From NCBI GenBank assembly GCA_945872855.1, contig CAMCAW010000004.1, positions 7,666-71,665 on the forward strand: a stretch of DNA of 64,000 bases, written 5' to 3'. The notes beneath the pieces are model-generated. The model did not search any database and was not told the DNA's origin. It worked only from the letters and a program-made list of their open reading frames with translations. Position 1 is the stretch's first letter, and the number at the start of each line of letters is the position of its first letter. Below, one piece after another: positions 19,598 through 29,900 of the stretch. Both the position numbers and the translations under genes were made by a program. Source of the stretch: Rickettsia typhi. Its GTDB lineage: Bacteria > Pseudomonadota > Alphaproteobacteria > Rickettsiales > UBA1997.

Positions 19598-20485
19598 ATG
19601 TCCGAAGCGATTAAAGCAGAAAAAAAGAAGAGCTATTTTCTTGCCAAAACTATCATTGTTTTTTTAGTAATTCTTGCCAGCTATTTTGGCCTTAGATACT
19701 GGAAATTCAAAGCTTTGCAGCGCCTTAATGCGCAGTCAGAAATTAGCCAATTTGATAATATTGAGAGCGATATTTTCGATCTCTCCACCGATGATAAAAA
19801 TCATGATGATGTTCATTTAGACGACAGCAAACTTTCTAATATCACCTTAACTGAACTTAAGGAAGGCGGCGCTGAATTTATCTATCAATTATTACTTAAA
19901 AACCAAGTGCAAATTGGTGATTTAAAAAACGATATTCAAAATTTAAAACTTGAATTTGCCAAATATAAGGCACAAGAAAAAGCTGGGAAAATTATCTTTA
20001 TTTACGTTGATTTGCGAGAAAAAATTTATGCTGGGGAAAATTTCTCCGAAACTTTAAAAAGCTTTGAAACCGTTGTAGCTCTAGATAAAAACCTGCAAAC
20101 AAAAATTTCCGACTTCAAGCCAAATTTAGAAAAATTTCATGGCTCAAAAACTTTGCTTAAAAATTTTACAGCGTTAATTCCCGATTTAATTGCCACTAAA
20201 ACTAACAATCCAAATAATAGTTTGGTAAAAAAAATTCGTCACAATCTTTCTAAATTAGTTGTGATTCGCAAACTAGATTCTAATACAGAAACTGTTGATG
20301 GAATTGTGCGCACGGTTGAAGATTTTTTGCAGAATGAAGATTTTGTTAGCGCCCTTAACGCCTTTGCATTGCTAGATCCAAGCTATCTTAAAATTTCACC
20401 AGAGTTTTTAGAAGAATTAAAAGCGGCCGCAGAATTACACAAAATTGATCAAGAAATTTTGCTTTATTTGCGCAGTTCAGTTTAA
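19598..20485 (+). CDS. Membrane-anchored coiled-coil protein, candidate alphaproteobacterial Mic60/mitofilin homolog
   Basis: 295 aa with an N-terminal TM segment (YFLAKTIIVFLVILASYFGL) and a predicted coiled-coil middle region. Its position between hemD and the hemY-like gene is the reported genomic context of alpha-Mic60. The domain itself was not verified. Confidence 0.45.
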   Translation: MSEAIKAEKKKSYFLAKTIIVFLVILASYFGLRYWKFKALQRLNAQSEISQFDNIESDIFDLSTDDKNHDDVHLDDSKLSNITLTELKEGGAEFIYQLLLKNQVQIGDLKNDIQNLKLEFAKYKAQEKAGKIIFIYVDLREKIYAGENFSETLKSFETVVALDKNLQTKISDFKPNLEKFHGSKTLLKNFTALIPDLIATKTNNPNNSLVKKIRHNLSKLVVIRKLDSNTETVDGIVRTVEDFLQNEDFVSALNAFALLDPSYLKISPEFLEELKAAAELHKIDQEILLYLRSSV

Positions 20486-20501
20486 AAAAAATTAAACATT
20501 T

Positions 20502-21812
20502 ATGTTCACAATTTTGTGGTTTTTATTCATTGCCTTTACCGCCAGCATTTCACTGGTTTGGGTGCTAGATCATAATGGCACCGTGCTAGTCACGTGGCTG
20601 GGCTACGAGGCTAAGACCGATATTCTTACCGCCCTTTTAATTGCCATAGTTTTTGCCGCGATTGTTTTTATTTTCTCTTATATTTTGGCTAGAATTTTGG
20701 CACTAAAATTTCCGAATCTGTTTAAATTACTGTTCAAAAAAAGTTATACCAAGCGCTTGGAAGCCACTATTCATCGGCATTGGCAAGGCATCGATCTCAC
20801 TTCGCAACTTTTGCTTTCTTTAGAAAGCGACGACGTAAAAAACTCGATTTCTTTGCAGAAAAAACTTTCTTCTCTCATTAAAAATCCTCAATTAAATAAT
20901 TTCTTCTTAGGAAAGATTTATTATCAGAGCAAAGATTTCTCTAAGGCTGCCGAGTTTTTTGCTAAAATTAAAAATAGCAAATTCGCTAAAATTATGGAGC
21001 TTACTTGCAAGTTTGAAATGGCGATGGAAAAACACGATAATGCAACGGCCATCGCTTATGCCAAGCAAATTTTATCACTGAAAAAAGATAATTCGCGCAT
21101 CATAAAATCGCTTTTTATGCTTTATAAAAAAGAAGGTTTGTGGCAAGAAGCAAAATTATTAATCCAAGATAATGACGCTAAATATTTTAGCGATGAATTG
21201 CAAAAGCGAGACATGGCTACAATCAATAGTTCCTTGGCTTTAGAGGCTTATCGCAAGAAAGATTTTCGCGAGGCAATTAAGCATGCGAAGCTTGCACTAA
21301 AATCGGATGAAAACTTTTTGCCTGCCACTGAAATTTTGTTGAAATCGTGGATTAAGCGCGGCTTTGCTTTTCGCGCAAAATGGTTAATAAAAAAATTATG
21401 GAAAGAAAATCCGCGCTTAATTTTTGCGACAATTTTCGATTTAATGAATCGCAAATCTTCTGCAAAAAACAGAATTCATTCGATGAGAAAACTTGTGTCT
21501 TTAAACGCAAAAACGCATTTAAGCACATTAGCTCTAGGCCTCACCGCTCTTAGAGCCAGAAGCTATAAAGAGGCTGAAGATTTTTTATATTCCTCATTGG
21601 CGAAAGAAAAAACTTATCGCACTTATAAAGCTTTGGGAGTGGTTGAAAAACTTTTGGGAAATAATGAAAAGGCGAATCAATTTTTAGAAAATGCTGCGAT
21701 GTTAACGCGCGAAAATCATTATAAGTGTTCAACTTGCGGCCATTTGAGCGCTGTTTGGACAGCTAAATGTCAATCTTGCAAAACTAGCAACAGCCTTGAA
21801 TGGGGCAATTAA
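20502..21812 (+). CDS. HemY-N domain / TPR protein with C-terminal zinc ribbon
   Basis: Two N-terminal TM segments, TPR-like repeats, and a C-terminal CSTCGHLSAVWTAKCQSCKT. This architecture is typical of alphaproteobacterial HemY-like proteins. Confidence 0.65.
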   Translation: MFTILWFLFIAFTASISLVWVLDHNGTVLVTWLGYEAKTDILTALLIAIVFAAIVFIFSYILARILALKFPNLFKLLFKKSYTKRLEATIHRHWQGIDLTSQLLLSLESDDVKNSISLQKKLSSLIKNPQLNNFFLGKIYYQSKDFSKAAEFFAKIKNSKFAKIMELTCKFEMAMEKHDNATAIAYAKQILSLKKDNSRIIKSLFMLYKKEGLWQEAKLLIQDNDAKYFSDELQKRDMATINSSLALEAYRKKDFREAIKHAKLALKSDENFLPATEILLKSWIKRGFAFRAKWLIKKLWKENPRLIFATIFDLMNRKSSAKNRIHSMRKLVSLNAKTHLSTLALGLTALRARSYKEAEDFLYSSLAKEKTYRTYKALGVVEKLLGNNEKANQFLENAAMLTRENHYKCSTCGHLSAVWTAKCQSCKTSNSLEWGN

Positions 21813-21841
21813 AATTTCCTTAGAATTAATTAATTTTTAAC

Positions 21842-22681
21842 ATGATAAAAAACTTAGAACAAATAATCGAAAAATCTTTTGAAAATCGCGCAGAAATTAA
21901 TTTTTCTACCAAAGGCGAAACACGCGATGCGGTCAATCAAACTCTGGCTTTGCTTGATGCAGGAACTTTAAGAATTTGCGAAAAAAAAGATAGCGTTTGG
22001 CAAGTTAATCAATGGGTAAAAAAGGCAATTTTATTATCATTTCGTCTTAACGATAACTATTTGAGCAAGCATGTGGGAGTAAGCGGCGATGCCATTTCAT
22101 TTTTCGATAAAGTGCCGTTAAAATTTGCTAATTGGAGCGAAGAAAATTTCCGTCAAGCTGGCTTTCGTGCCTTGCCAGGCGCGGTTGTGCGCTATTCGGC
22201 TTTTATTGCTAAGGGCGTAGTTTTATTGCCGTCATTTGTGAATGTTGGCGCTTATGTTGATGAGGGCTCGATGATTGACACATGGGCCACCGTGGGCTCT
22301 TGCGCGCAGATCGGAAAAAATTGTCACATCTCTGGTGGAGCTGGAATTGGCGGGGTTCTAGAACCTTTGCAGGCCAACCCCGTAATCATTGAAGATAACT
22401 GCTTTATCGGTGCGCGCAGCGAAATTGCTGAAGGCGTGATCGTTGAAACTGGTTCGGTAATTTCAATGGGCGTTTATATTGGCGCTTCTACCAAAATTAT
22501 CGATCGCGAGAGTGGCGAGATTTTTTATGGACGCGTTCCAGCTTACTCTGTTGTGGTTCCGGGGAATATTGCTTCTGCTAAGGGCGATACAAATATTTCG
22601 CTTTATGCAGCGGTTATCGTTAAAAAAGTTGATGAAAAAACTCGGAGCAAGACTTCTATTAATGAGCTGTTGCGGGATTAG
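21842..22681 (+). CDS. dapD: 2,3,4,5-tetrahydropyridine-2,6-dicarboxylate N-succinyltransferase
   Basis: 279 aa with hexapeptide-repeat LbH region ([58 protein letters not shown]). Confidence 0.9.
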   Translation: MIKNLEQIIEKSFENRAEINFSTKGETRDAVNQTLALLDAGTLRICEKKDSVWQVNQWVKKAILLSFRLNDNYLSKHVGVSGDAISFFDKVPLKFANWSEENFRQAGFRALPGAVVRYSAFIAKGVVLLPSFVNVGAYVDEGSMIDTWATVGSCAQIGKNCHISGGAGIGGVLEPLQANPVIIEDNCFIGARSEIAEGVIVETGSVISMGVYIGASTKIIDRESGEIFYGRVPAYSVVVPGNIASAKGDTNISLYAAVIVKKVDEKTRSKTSINELLRD

Positions 22682-22691
22682 TATTTTGCTC

Positions 22692-22800
22692 GATCTCGTG
22701 GGCGGTAAGGCCCATCCCGATATCCTCTGCCCCTCAGACGGCGCGCCGAACTCGGTTCAGAGGATATCGGAATGGGCCTTACCTACTAGGGGAGGCTCTT
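22692..22800. repeat. Palindromic intergenic element, copy 2 (subfamily B, forward orientation)
   Basis: Arms 22704-22729 (ggtaaggcccatcccgatatcctctg) and 22758-22783 (cagaggatatcggaatgggccttacc) have 1 mismatch. They flank the core cccctcagacggcgcgccgaactcggtt. The element starts about 10 nt after the dapD stop. Confidence 0.85.
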
Positions 22801-22895
22801 TTGGATTGAGGTTTTTAGATTGGATAAACTTTGCGATGAGATATGTTATTTCGTAATTCTTGATGGTTTTTTTCTAACAACTAAAAAAATTTTAA

Positions 22896-23465
22896 GTGTT
22901 TTTTGACGCAAAAATTCTCGCTGCACTGCTATTCATTGCTCTTTGCATTATTGCTATTTTTGCCGTTAGAACCCGCACCACCACTGTTGCCACGCTGATT
23001 GTTGCTCATCTTACCTTGATACTTTTTTTTGGCCTCACCATCACAAATTATAATTCTTTTAAAGAGATAGTTTTGACGCTAATCTCTTATTTGATAGTGG
23101 TATTATTTTTAATCACCACCTATGACGCAGCAAAAACCAACGACGATGAGTCGTTGCAAATCAAGCCTCCAGCCTATATTAAAATTTTTGCAGGCTTCGT
23201 GTTTTTTATAATTTTTTCTTGTACGCTTTATCTTGCTAATGGCGTTTTTTATAGCATGAAAAATATTCGTAACAATCAAGAAACTCAGGCCCAAGTTGAC
23301 CCCGCGCCACCTCCGTTAGATCTTGTTGAGAGAAAAAAAATGCGATTACAAAAAAAGTTAGGTGAGAATTTTTTACTTAAAAGATCTTCCGATGTAATTT
23401 TAATAATCGTTGCCACAACCAGCATTATCCTGCTTGTGCGGCGCAAAAAAAATGCTGCTAAATAA
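22896..23465 (+). CDS. Hypothetical polytopic membrane protein
   Basis: 189 aa with a GTG start, 4-5 hydrophobic segments and a basic C-terminus. There is vague resemblance to MnhB/DUF4040-type segments, but it is not assignable. Confidence 0.4.
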   Translation: MFFDAKILAALLFIALCIIAIFAVRTRTTTVATLIVAHLTLILFFGLTITNYNSFKEIVLTLISYLIVVLFLITTYDAAKTNDDESLQIKPPAYIKIFAGFVFFIIFSCTLYLANGVFYSMKNIRNNQETQAQVDPAPPPLDLVERKKMRLQKKLGENFLLKRSSDVILIIVATTSIILLVRRKKNAAK

Positions 23466-23505
23466 ATAATTACCCAAATATCGTTAATAATTTTTTGAAA
23501 AAATC

Positions 23506-24582
23506 ATGAATTTTTACCAAATTTTTCGTCCATTAATTTTTAAGCTAGACGCCGAAACTGCGCATAATTTAGCAATTAATTTTCTTAAATATTTCCCTAA
23601 TTTAGCCACAATATTCACCCTTAATAAACGGTATAAAAATTTGCAACAAACCTTGTGGAACCTTGATTTTGCTAGCCCCATTGGCATGGCCGCAGGCTTT
23701 GATAAAAATGCCGAAACCATAAAAGCTTTGCAACAATTTGGCTTTGGTTTTGTTGAAGTTGGCACGGTTACACCGCTGCCCCAAAAGGGAAACGAGCGGC
23801 CGCGGCTTTTTCGCTTGCCTGAAGAGAAGGCGATTATCAATCGTCTAGGCTTTAACAATAAGGGCGCACAGGTGTTTGCAAAAAATGTTGTCGCGGCACC
23901 TAAAAATTTAATTCTCGGAATAAATATCGGCAAAAATAAAGATACTGAAAATTCGATTAGCGATTATATTTTGCTTCTTGAAAAGTTCTATGAAGCCGCG
24001 ACCTATATAACTGTAAACATCTCATCGCCCAACACAAAAAATCTGCGCGATTTACAAAAAGAAGATCAGCTGGATTTATTTTTATCTGCGTTAATGAGTA
24101 AAAAAAATGAGCTAGAAAAAACTCATAATAAAAAAACTCCAATATGGCTTAAAGTGGCACCAGACTTAACTTTAGACGAGCAAAAAACAATCGCCGCCAT
24201 CGCGCTAAAAAATAAAATTGATGCGCTGATAATTAGCAACACCACCATCACTCGCCCACAAAATTTAAGAGGAGAAAACGCTGCAGAGTCTGGCGGACTA
24301 AGCGGCAAGCCACTGCTTGAAAAATCAAACGAGGTGCTAAAAAATTTCTATAAATTCACCGAAGCAAAAATTCCACTAATTGGCGTTGGCGGAATTAGCG
24401 GTGCGCAAGATGTTTATACCAAAATTAAATGCGGCGCATCTTTGGTGCAAATCTATTCTGGCCTTATTTATCAAGGCTTTGGCGTGGTTGAGAAAATTAC
24501 GAAGGAGTTGAGTGAGTTGGTTGAAAAAGATGGGCTGGAGAATATTTCGCAAGCGGTTGGTAATGATGCGCCGCTTCTGTAA
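23506..24582 (+). CDS. pyrD: Dihydroorotate dehydrogenase (quinone), class 2
   Basis: N-terminal membrane-association helix (FKLDAETAHNLAINFLK) plus GFVEVGTVTPLPQKGNERPRLFRL, NRLGFNN.G, ISSPNT and GVGGIS motifs. Confidence 0.93.
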   Translation: MNFYQIFRPLIFKLDAETAHNLAINFLKYFPNLATIFTLNKRYKNLQQTLWNLDFASPIGMAAGFDKNAETIKALQQFGFGFVEVGTVTPLPQKGNERPRLFRLPEEKAIINRLGFNNKGAQVFAKNVVAAPKNLILGINIGKNKDTENSISDYILLLEKFYEAATYITVNISSPNTKNLRDLQKEDQLDLFLSALMSKKNELEKTHNKKTPIWLKVAPDLTLDEQKTIAAIALKNKIDALIISNTTITRPQNLRGENAAESGGLSGKPLLEKSNEVLKNFYKFTEAKIPLIGVGGISGAQDVYTKIKCGASLVQIYSGLIYQGFGVVEKITKELSELVEKDGLENISQAVGNDAPLL

Positions 24583-24619
24583 TTAAAGTCTTCGTATTTT
24601 GATGCGAGGCTTTGAGGTG

Positions 24620-24690
24620 ACTTGCCTTGAGATCTCGCCCTCGGCAAAGACCCTCCCCGATATCCTCTGAACCGAGTTCGGCGCACTCAT
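24620..24690. repeat. Palindromic intergenic element, copy 3 (truncated half copy, subfamily B)
   Basis: gatctcgccctcggcaaagaccctccccgatatcctctgaaccgagttcggcgc contains one terminus, one arm and part of the core. The second arm and the ctgagggg part are missing. It lies between the convergent pyrD and metK stops. Confidence 0.7.
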
Positions 24691-24721
24691 CAACAAACAA
24701 GCGCCCCGCCTCAATAAAAAC

Positions 24722-25879
24722 CTAAGCCAATTTCTTCAACTGCTCAGCCAAATCAGTTTTCTCCCAACTAAACCCACCATCATCTTCAGGCAAGCGCCCA
24801 AAGTGCCCATAAGACGCCGTGCGTTTATAAATTGGACGATTCAATCCCAAATGCGTGCGAATTCCACGCGGCGTAAGATCGACTAAATCGTGAACCATTT
24901 TCACCACATCTTCACCCGCAACGCCCGTATGATGGTTATTCACATAAACCGCCAAAGGCTTAGAAACGCCGATCGCATAAGCAATTTGAATTGTGCAACG
25001 CGTTGCCAACCCAGCAGCAACAACGTTTTTCGCCAAATAGCGCGCCATATAAGCGGCAGAACGATCGACCTTAGTTGGGTCTTTTCCCGAAAAAGCGCCG
25101 CCACCATGTGGAGCCGCACCGCCGTAAGTGTCGACGATAATTTTTCTACCAGTTAAACCAGCATCACCATCAGGCCCGCCAATCACAAATTTGCCAGTTG
25201 GATTTACCAAGAAATTTTCGTCCTTGCACATCCAGCCTTTTGGCAATGTTGCTTCAACATAAGGTCTGATTGCGTCGCGCACTTGTTTTTGCGTCATGCC
25301 TTCTGGATGCTGAATTGAAACTAGCACAGTTTCTGCGCTAATTGGCACGCCATTAACATAATTTAAAGTGACTTGGCTTTTGGCATCAGGGCCAAGCCTG
25401 TCAAGCTTTCCATCGCGAACCGCATTCATTATATTGTGCAAAATGCGATGCGAATAATAAATTGCCGCCGGCATTAAAACATCGGTTTCTTTGCAAGCAT
25501 AGCCAAACATAATTCCTTGATCGCCAGCGCCTTCATCTTTAGAGCCAGCAGCATCTACGCCAACCGCAATATCCGCAGATTGTCCGTGCAGCAAGTTGGT
25601 AATTTTAAGATTTTTCCAGTGAAAACCATCTTGCTCATAGCCAATTTCTTTGACGGTGCCGCGAATTAAATTTTCGATTTCGTCTTTAGAAATTTGTGGA
25701 GCGCGGATTTCTCCGCCAATTATAACGGTGTCGGTAGTGGCAAATGTTTCAATCGCCAAGCGCGCATAGGGATCTTTTTTCAGATAAGCATCTACCAGAG
25801 TATCGGAGATTTGATCACAAATTTTATCAGGATGACCCGCAGATACTGATTCGGACGTGAATAAATAATTTTTTGGCAT
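24722..25879 (-). CDS. metK: S-adenosylmethionine synthase
   Basis: [33 protein letters not shown] and [28 protein letters not shown] are present. Start is set at ATG 25879; the 33-aa upstream extension in the ORF track is non-homologous. Confidence 0.95.
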   Translation of the reverse strand: MPKNYLFTSESVSAGHPDKICDQISDTLVDAYLKKDPYARLAIETFATTDTVIIGGEIRAPQISKDEIENLIRGTVKEIGYEQDGFHWKNLKITNLLHGQSADIAVGVDAAGSKDEGAGDQGIMFGYACKETDVLMPAAIYYSHRILHNIMNAVRDGKLDRLGPDAKSQVTLNYVNGVPISAETVLVSIQHPEGMTQKQVRDAIRPYVEATLPKGWMCKDENFLVNPTGKFVIGGPDGDAGLTGRKIIVDTYGGAAPHGGGAFSGKDPTKVDRSAAYMARYLAKNVVAAGLATRCTIQIAYAIGVSKPLAVYVNNHHTGVAGEDVVKMVHDLVDLTPRGIRTHLGLNRPIYKRTASYGHFGRLPEDDGGFSWEKTDLAEQLKKLA

Positions 25880-25990
25880 AAAAACATTAACTTTATATTT
25901 TGGAAGGCTTTCCGAAAGATAAAAATTCCTACAAGAATTAACTTGTGAAACGCTTGCCGCAGAAGGATCTGCAATCAAATTTGCTTCAAA

Positions 25991-26626
25991 CTAGAAAGCT
26001 TTAATATATCCAATTCTAATCGTAGAAAAATTTGCCCCAACTAAATCTAATTTGCCAAGATGGCGCTGAAAACTTAGCCTGAAGGCATCTTTTGAAGATT
26101 CAAACGGCGCCACTTGAAGCCCAATTCCGATGAATGGAATATTTTGATTGGCAGTTTTTTTGCTATAATTTCCATTAGTTTCAAAAATACTAATTTTGCT
26201 TTTCGTCTTAGAAACACCTAGCTCGCCGAATAATTCAACCACACTATCTTCAACTATTGGTGCGAAAAATAATGCAGAAAAATTTAGGTAATCGATGCCC
26301 AAATTAGCTTTTTCTGAAAGTGCGTAGCCGCTTAGAGCGGTCGTAGATAGGTCGGTTTGCGACCAGTTAATATTGAAGCCTAAATATTTGTGAATTCGAC
26401 CATGAAAACCAAGCGCAATATTATCAAAATTTTTCAACTGAGTAACGATGGAATCGGTGGCGAAGTGCTTGGCGCTTGAATCGCCGTAAAATCTTGGCGC
26501 GCTATATTCGACCGTAACAAATGGCTCAAGAAAAAAACTATCGCGCATAGCGGCGAAGCTTGAATAGGGCAATAAAATTAGCAATGTCGCAATGCTTGAC
26601 AGCGCAAGGGTGCGAATATTTTTCAT
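25991..26626 (-). CDS. Outer-membrane beta-barrel protein (hypothetical)
   Basis: Signal peptide MKNIRTLALSSIATLLILLPYSSFAA, beta-strand periodicity, and a C-terminal ...IGYIKAF with terminal Phe. Confidence 0.55.
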   Translation of the reverse strand: MKNIRTLALSSIATLLILLPYSSFAAMRDSFFLEPFVTVEYSAPRFYGDSSAKHFATDSIVTQLKNFDNIALGFHGRIHKYLGFNINWSQTDLSTTALSGYALSEKANLGIDYLNFSALFFAPIVEDSVVELFGELGVSKTKSKISIFETNGNYSKKTANQNIPFIGIGLQVAPFESSKDAFRLSFQRHLGKLDLVGANFSTIRIGYIKAF

Positions 26627-26644
26627 GGTAATATTTGAGTAAAT

Positions 26645-28084
26645 TTAAGCGGGGGCTCCCGAGATACGTCTTACAGTCTCTTGCTGTCCAAGAATTTCTA
26701 TCACATCAAAAATTCCACCAGCAGATGAAGCGGAGAAAGTTAATACAACTCTTAAAACTGGACCAAAATCTTTAATTTTCAAAGAATGCTTTTCGGCAAA
26801 ACTAGAAAGAGCGAGCTTTATAGCATCGTGATTCCACTCTTTTAAATCAACTAAAATTTTTTGCAAATCGCTGATGATTGATTTTTTTTCAACAACCAAA
26901 GCAAGCGCCGCTTCATCTAAATTGGCAGAAAAATCATCGCAATAAACTATCGCGGTTTTGGCCAAATCTTTTAGGGTTTCAGCGCGTTCTTTGAGAAATT
27001 TCAAGGCTCGCGAGATTCTTTCTTTTTCAATGGCAGTGATTTTTTTATCGGCGTTATTTGAGGCTTGCGAAGAGCCTCTCGCAAAGCGCAAAGAATTTAA
27101 TTCTGACTCGATTAAATCAAATAATTCTGCCTCACTTTTTTCTTTTATGTAATGTTTATTAACGTGGTTAAGCTTTACAAAATCAAAGCGCGCTGGCGAT
27201 TTTCCAACTTTATCTAGCCCAAACCATTCTGCCGCTTGCATGTCAGAAATAATTTCGGCATCGCCATGAGACCAGCCGAGGCGCAGCAAATAATTGCGCA
27301 TTGCCTCAGGCAAATAGCCCATCTGCTGATATTCGATCACCGAAGTTGCGCCGTGACGCTTCGACATTTTTGCGCCATCGGCCCCATGAATTAGCGGAAT
27401 ATGCGCGAATTGCGGAACGTTCCAGCCCAAGGCCTCGTAGATTATTTTTTGGCGGAAAGCGTTGGTAAAGTGGTCGTCGCCGCGAATAACATGCGTGATT
27501 CCCATATCGTGATCATCGACAACAACAGCAAGCATATAGGTCGGCGTGCCATCGCCGCGCAACATCACTAAATCATCGAGCTCTTTGCCGCTTACGCGCA
27601 CTTCGCCCTGCACTAAATCTGCGATCACAATTTCGCCCTCAAGTGGCGCCTTGATCCGGATCACAGGCTTCACCACGCTAGTTTGCGACTGCACTTTATC
27701 GCGCCACGAACTTTTAAAGCGAAAAACTTCGCCCTTCTTTTCTGCAGCTCCCCGCATCTCCTCAAGCTCTTCCGCGCTTGTATAACATAAATAAGCGCGA
27801 TCTTGCGCCAATAATTCTTGCGCCACACTAGCATGTCTTGCTAAATTTTTCGATTGCAAAACATATTCGCCATCATGCTTTAGGCCAAGCCAGTCAAGGC
27901 CTTGCAGAATTGCATCTATCGCCGCATCGCTCGATCTTTTTTCGTCCGTATCTTCAATTCGCAGCAAAAATTTTCCGCCATTTGCCCGCGCAAAAAGATA
28001 ATTGAACAAAGCTGTGCGAGCGCCACCAATATGCAAATAGCCCGTTGGCGATGGCGCAAAACGAGTTACAACTGAATTATTCAT
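26645..28084 (-). CDS. gltX: Glutamate--tRNA ligase
   Basis: VVTRFAPSPTGYLHIGGARTALFNY (HIGH motif) and KMSKRHG (KMSKS motif). Start at ATG 28084. Confidence 0.93.
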   Translation of the reverse strand: MNNSVVTRFAPSPTGYLHIGGARTALFNYLFARANGGKFLLRIEDTDEKRSSDAAIDAILQGLDWLGLKHDGEYVLQSKNLARHASVAQELLAQDRAYLCYTSAEELEEMRGAAEKKGEVFRFKSSWRDKVQSQTSVVKPVIRIKAPLEGEIVIADLVQGEVRVSGKELDDLVMLRGDGTPTYMLAVVVDDHDMGITHVIRGDDHFTNAFRQKIIYEALGWNVPQFAHIPLIHGADGAKMSKRHGATSVIEYQQMGYLPEAMRNYLLRLGWSHGDAEIISDMQAAEWFGLDKVGKSPARFDFVKLNHVNKHYIKEKSEAELFDLIESELNSLRFARGSSQASNNADKKITAIEKERISRALKFLKERAETLKDLAKTAIVYCDDFSANLDEAALALVVEKKSIISDLQKILVDLKEWNHDAIKLALSSFAEKHSLKIKDFGPVLRVVLTFSASSAGGIFDVIEILGQQETVRRISGAPA

Positions 28085-28170
28085 AATTTTATTTTCTTTA
28101 TCTTGACAAAATTCGATTTTTACGGAGAAATAGACACTAAACGCACTCATTTACAAAATCAAATCAACAA

Positions 28171-29877
28171 ATGGCCGCAACCTCAACTAACACCGACATT
28201 AGCGCCAGACTTTTAGAGAAAAAAGTCATTTCTGAAGATCAGCTAACCATTGCTCTAAAAGAACAAGCGCGCCTAAAAAACTCTAAAACCGTTTCGGCAA
28301 TTTTGGTTGAAATGGGCTTTATTTCAGAAAGCGTTTTGGGAGAAATTCTCAACGAATCTACAGGGATAAAAAAGTTCGATATTAGGTCATCAATCATCGA
28401 TGCGCGCTTGGTTAAGAAGGTTTCAAAAGAATTTGCGATTCACAATAAGCTCATTCCCGTTTCATATTCGAAAGACACCGTAACTATTGCGATGGCCGAT
28501 ATTTTCGACATTATCGCCATCGATCAAGTGCGCCGTTGCTTTCCCAACAATTTCCGCATCAATCCTGTTTATGTCCCCGAAGTAGATATTTTGCACGCGA
28601 TCGACCAATATTACGGCTACGAAATGTCGATCGAAGGGATTTTGAAGGAAATTGAAGGCATCGATGTCAATAAAATCAACGATGAATCGCAATTGCGCGG
28701 CGATTATAAAAGCCCGATGGTGCGCTTGGTGGATTCAATTTTCAACGACGCGGTACATAATGGCGCATCAGATATTCACTTTGAGCCCGAGAACATGTTC
28801 TTGCGCATCCGCTACCGCATTGACGGCAAGATGGTGCAAATTCGTTCGCTGCACAAAGATCATTGGTCGGCAATTTCGGTGCGCATAAAAATTATGTCGG
28901 GAATGAATATCGCTGAGAGCCGCAAACCGCAAGATGGCCACATTAATTCTGAGATTCTCGGTCGCAAGATCGACTTCCGCGTCTCTACGCAGCCAACGAT
29001 TAACGGCGAAAATATCGTGCTGCGAATTTTAGATGAAAAACAGTCAATTCTCGCACTCGATAAATTAGGATTCACCGAGCATAGCATTAATTTGGTGCAA
29101 AAAATGGTGCAGCGCCCCGAAGGCGTGATTATCCTCACGGGCCCTACGGGCAGCGGCAAAACGACCACTCTTTATACGCTGTTAAGCTATATCAATTCGG
29201 TGGATAAAAATATTATGACGTTGGAAGATCCGGTCGAATATCATATTCCGATGATCCGCCAATCGAACATCAAAAGTGATTTGGGCCTTGATTTTGCGGC
29301 AGGCGTTAAAGCCTTACTACGTCAAGATCCTGATGTAATTCTTATTGGTGAAATTCGCGATAAAGACACCGCGATCGCCGCCATTCAAGCCGCGATGACG
29401 GGTCACCAAGTCTATACCAGCTTACACACTAACGACGCGCTCGGCGCTATTCCGCGCTTGATGAATATTGGCGTGCCTAATTATCTCATGGCTGGATCGT
29501 TGATTTGCATAGTGGCGCAACGTCTCGCGCGTAAGCTTTGCAATTCGTGCAAAAAAGAACACGAGCTAGATGTTGCAGAGAAGAGGCTTCTCGGCGCTAA
29601 ATATGCTCATGTTGACAAAATTTTTAAAGCTGTGGGTTGCGAGAAGTGCAATCAAACTGGCTACAAAGGGCGCGTTGTGGTGGCCGAAGTTTTGCCTTTC
29701 GATCGCGAGTTAGACGAAATGGTTGCGGCTTCGAAAAGTCGCAAAGAATTGTTGCAATATTTGCTTACGAAAAATTTTGTACCAATGGTCGAAGATGGGC
29801 TGCAGAAGGTTGTGGCAGGCATTACAGACTTAAAAGAGTTGCTTCGCGTTGTCGATTTAACTGATCGCATGAATTAG
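28171..29877 (+). CDS. GspE/PilB-family secretion ATPase (type IV pilus / type II secretion assembly ATPase)
   Basis: N-terminal MshEN/T2SSE_N-like domain, Walker A GPTGSGKTTTLY, Walker B DPDVILIGEIRD, a His box and the tetracysteine motif CNSC...C.KC. No other pilus or T2SS genes are adjacent. Confidence 0.85.
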   Translation: MAATSTNTDISARLLEKKVISEDQLTIALKEQARLKNSKTVSAILVEMGFISESVLGEILNESTGIKKFDIRSSIIDARLVKKVSKEFAIHNKLIPVSYSKDTVTIAMADIFDIIAIDQVRRCFPNNFRINPVYVPEVDILHAIDQYYGYEMSIEGILKEIEGIDVNKINDESQLRGDYKSPMVRLVDSIFNDAVHNGASDIHFEPENMFLRIRYRIDGKMVQIRSLHKDHWSAISVRIKIMSGMNIAESRKPQDGHINSEILGRKIDFRVSTQPTINGENIVLRILDEKQSILALDKLGFTEHSINLVQKMVQRPEGVIILTGPTGSGKTTTLYTLLSYINSVDKNIMTLEDPVEYHIPMIRQSNIKSDLGLDFAAGVKALLRQDPDVILIGEIRDKDTAIAAIQAAMTGHQVYTSLHTNDALGAIPRLMNIGVPNYLMAGSLICIVAQRLARKLCNSCKKEHELDVAEKRLLGAKYAHVDKIFKAVGCEKCNQTGYKGRVVVAEVLPFDRELDEMVAASKSRKELLQYLLTKNFVPMVEDGLQKVVAGITDLKELLRVVDLTDRMN

Positions 29878-29900
29878 ACGCCGACATAATTTAAATTACT

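Noticed and set aside
25880-25990. Possible SAM riboswitch in the metK leader
   Set aside because: I could not recognise SAM-II/SAM-V-like pseudoknot consensus. Only a trivial ggaa-agcc-ttcc hairpin is present. This needs cmscan to be certain.
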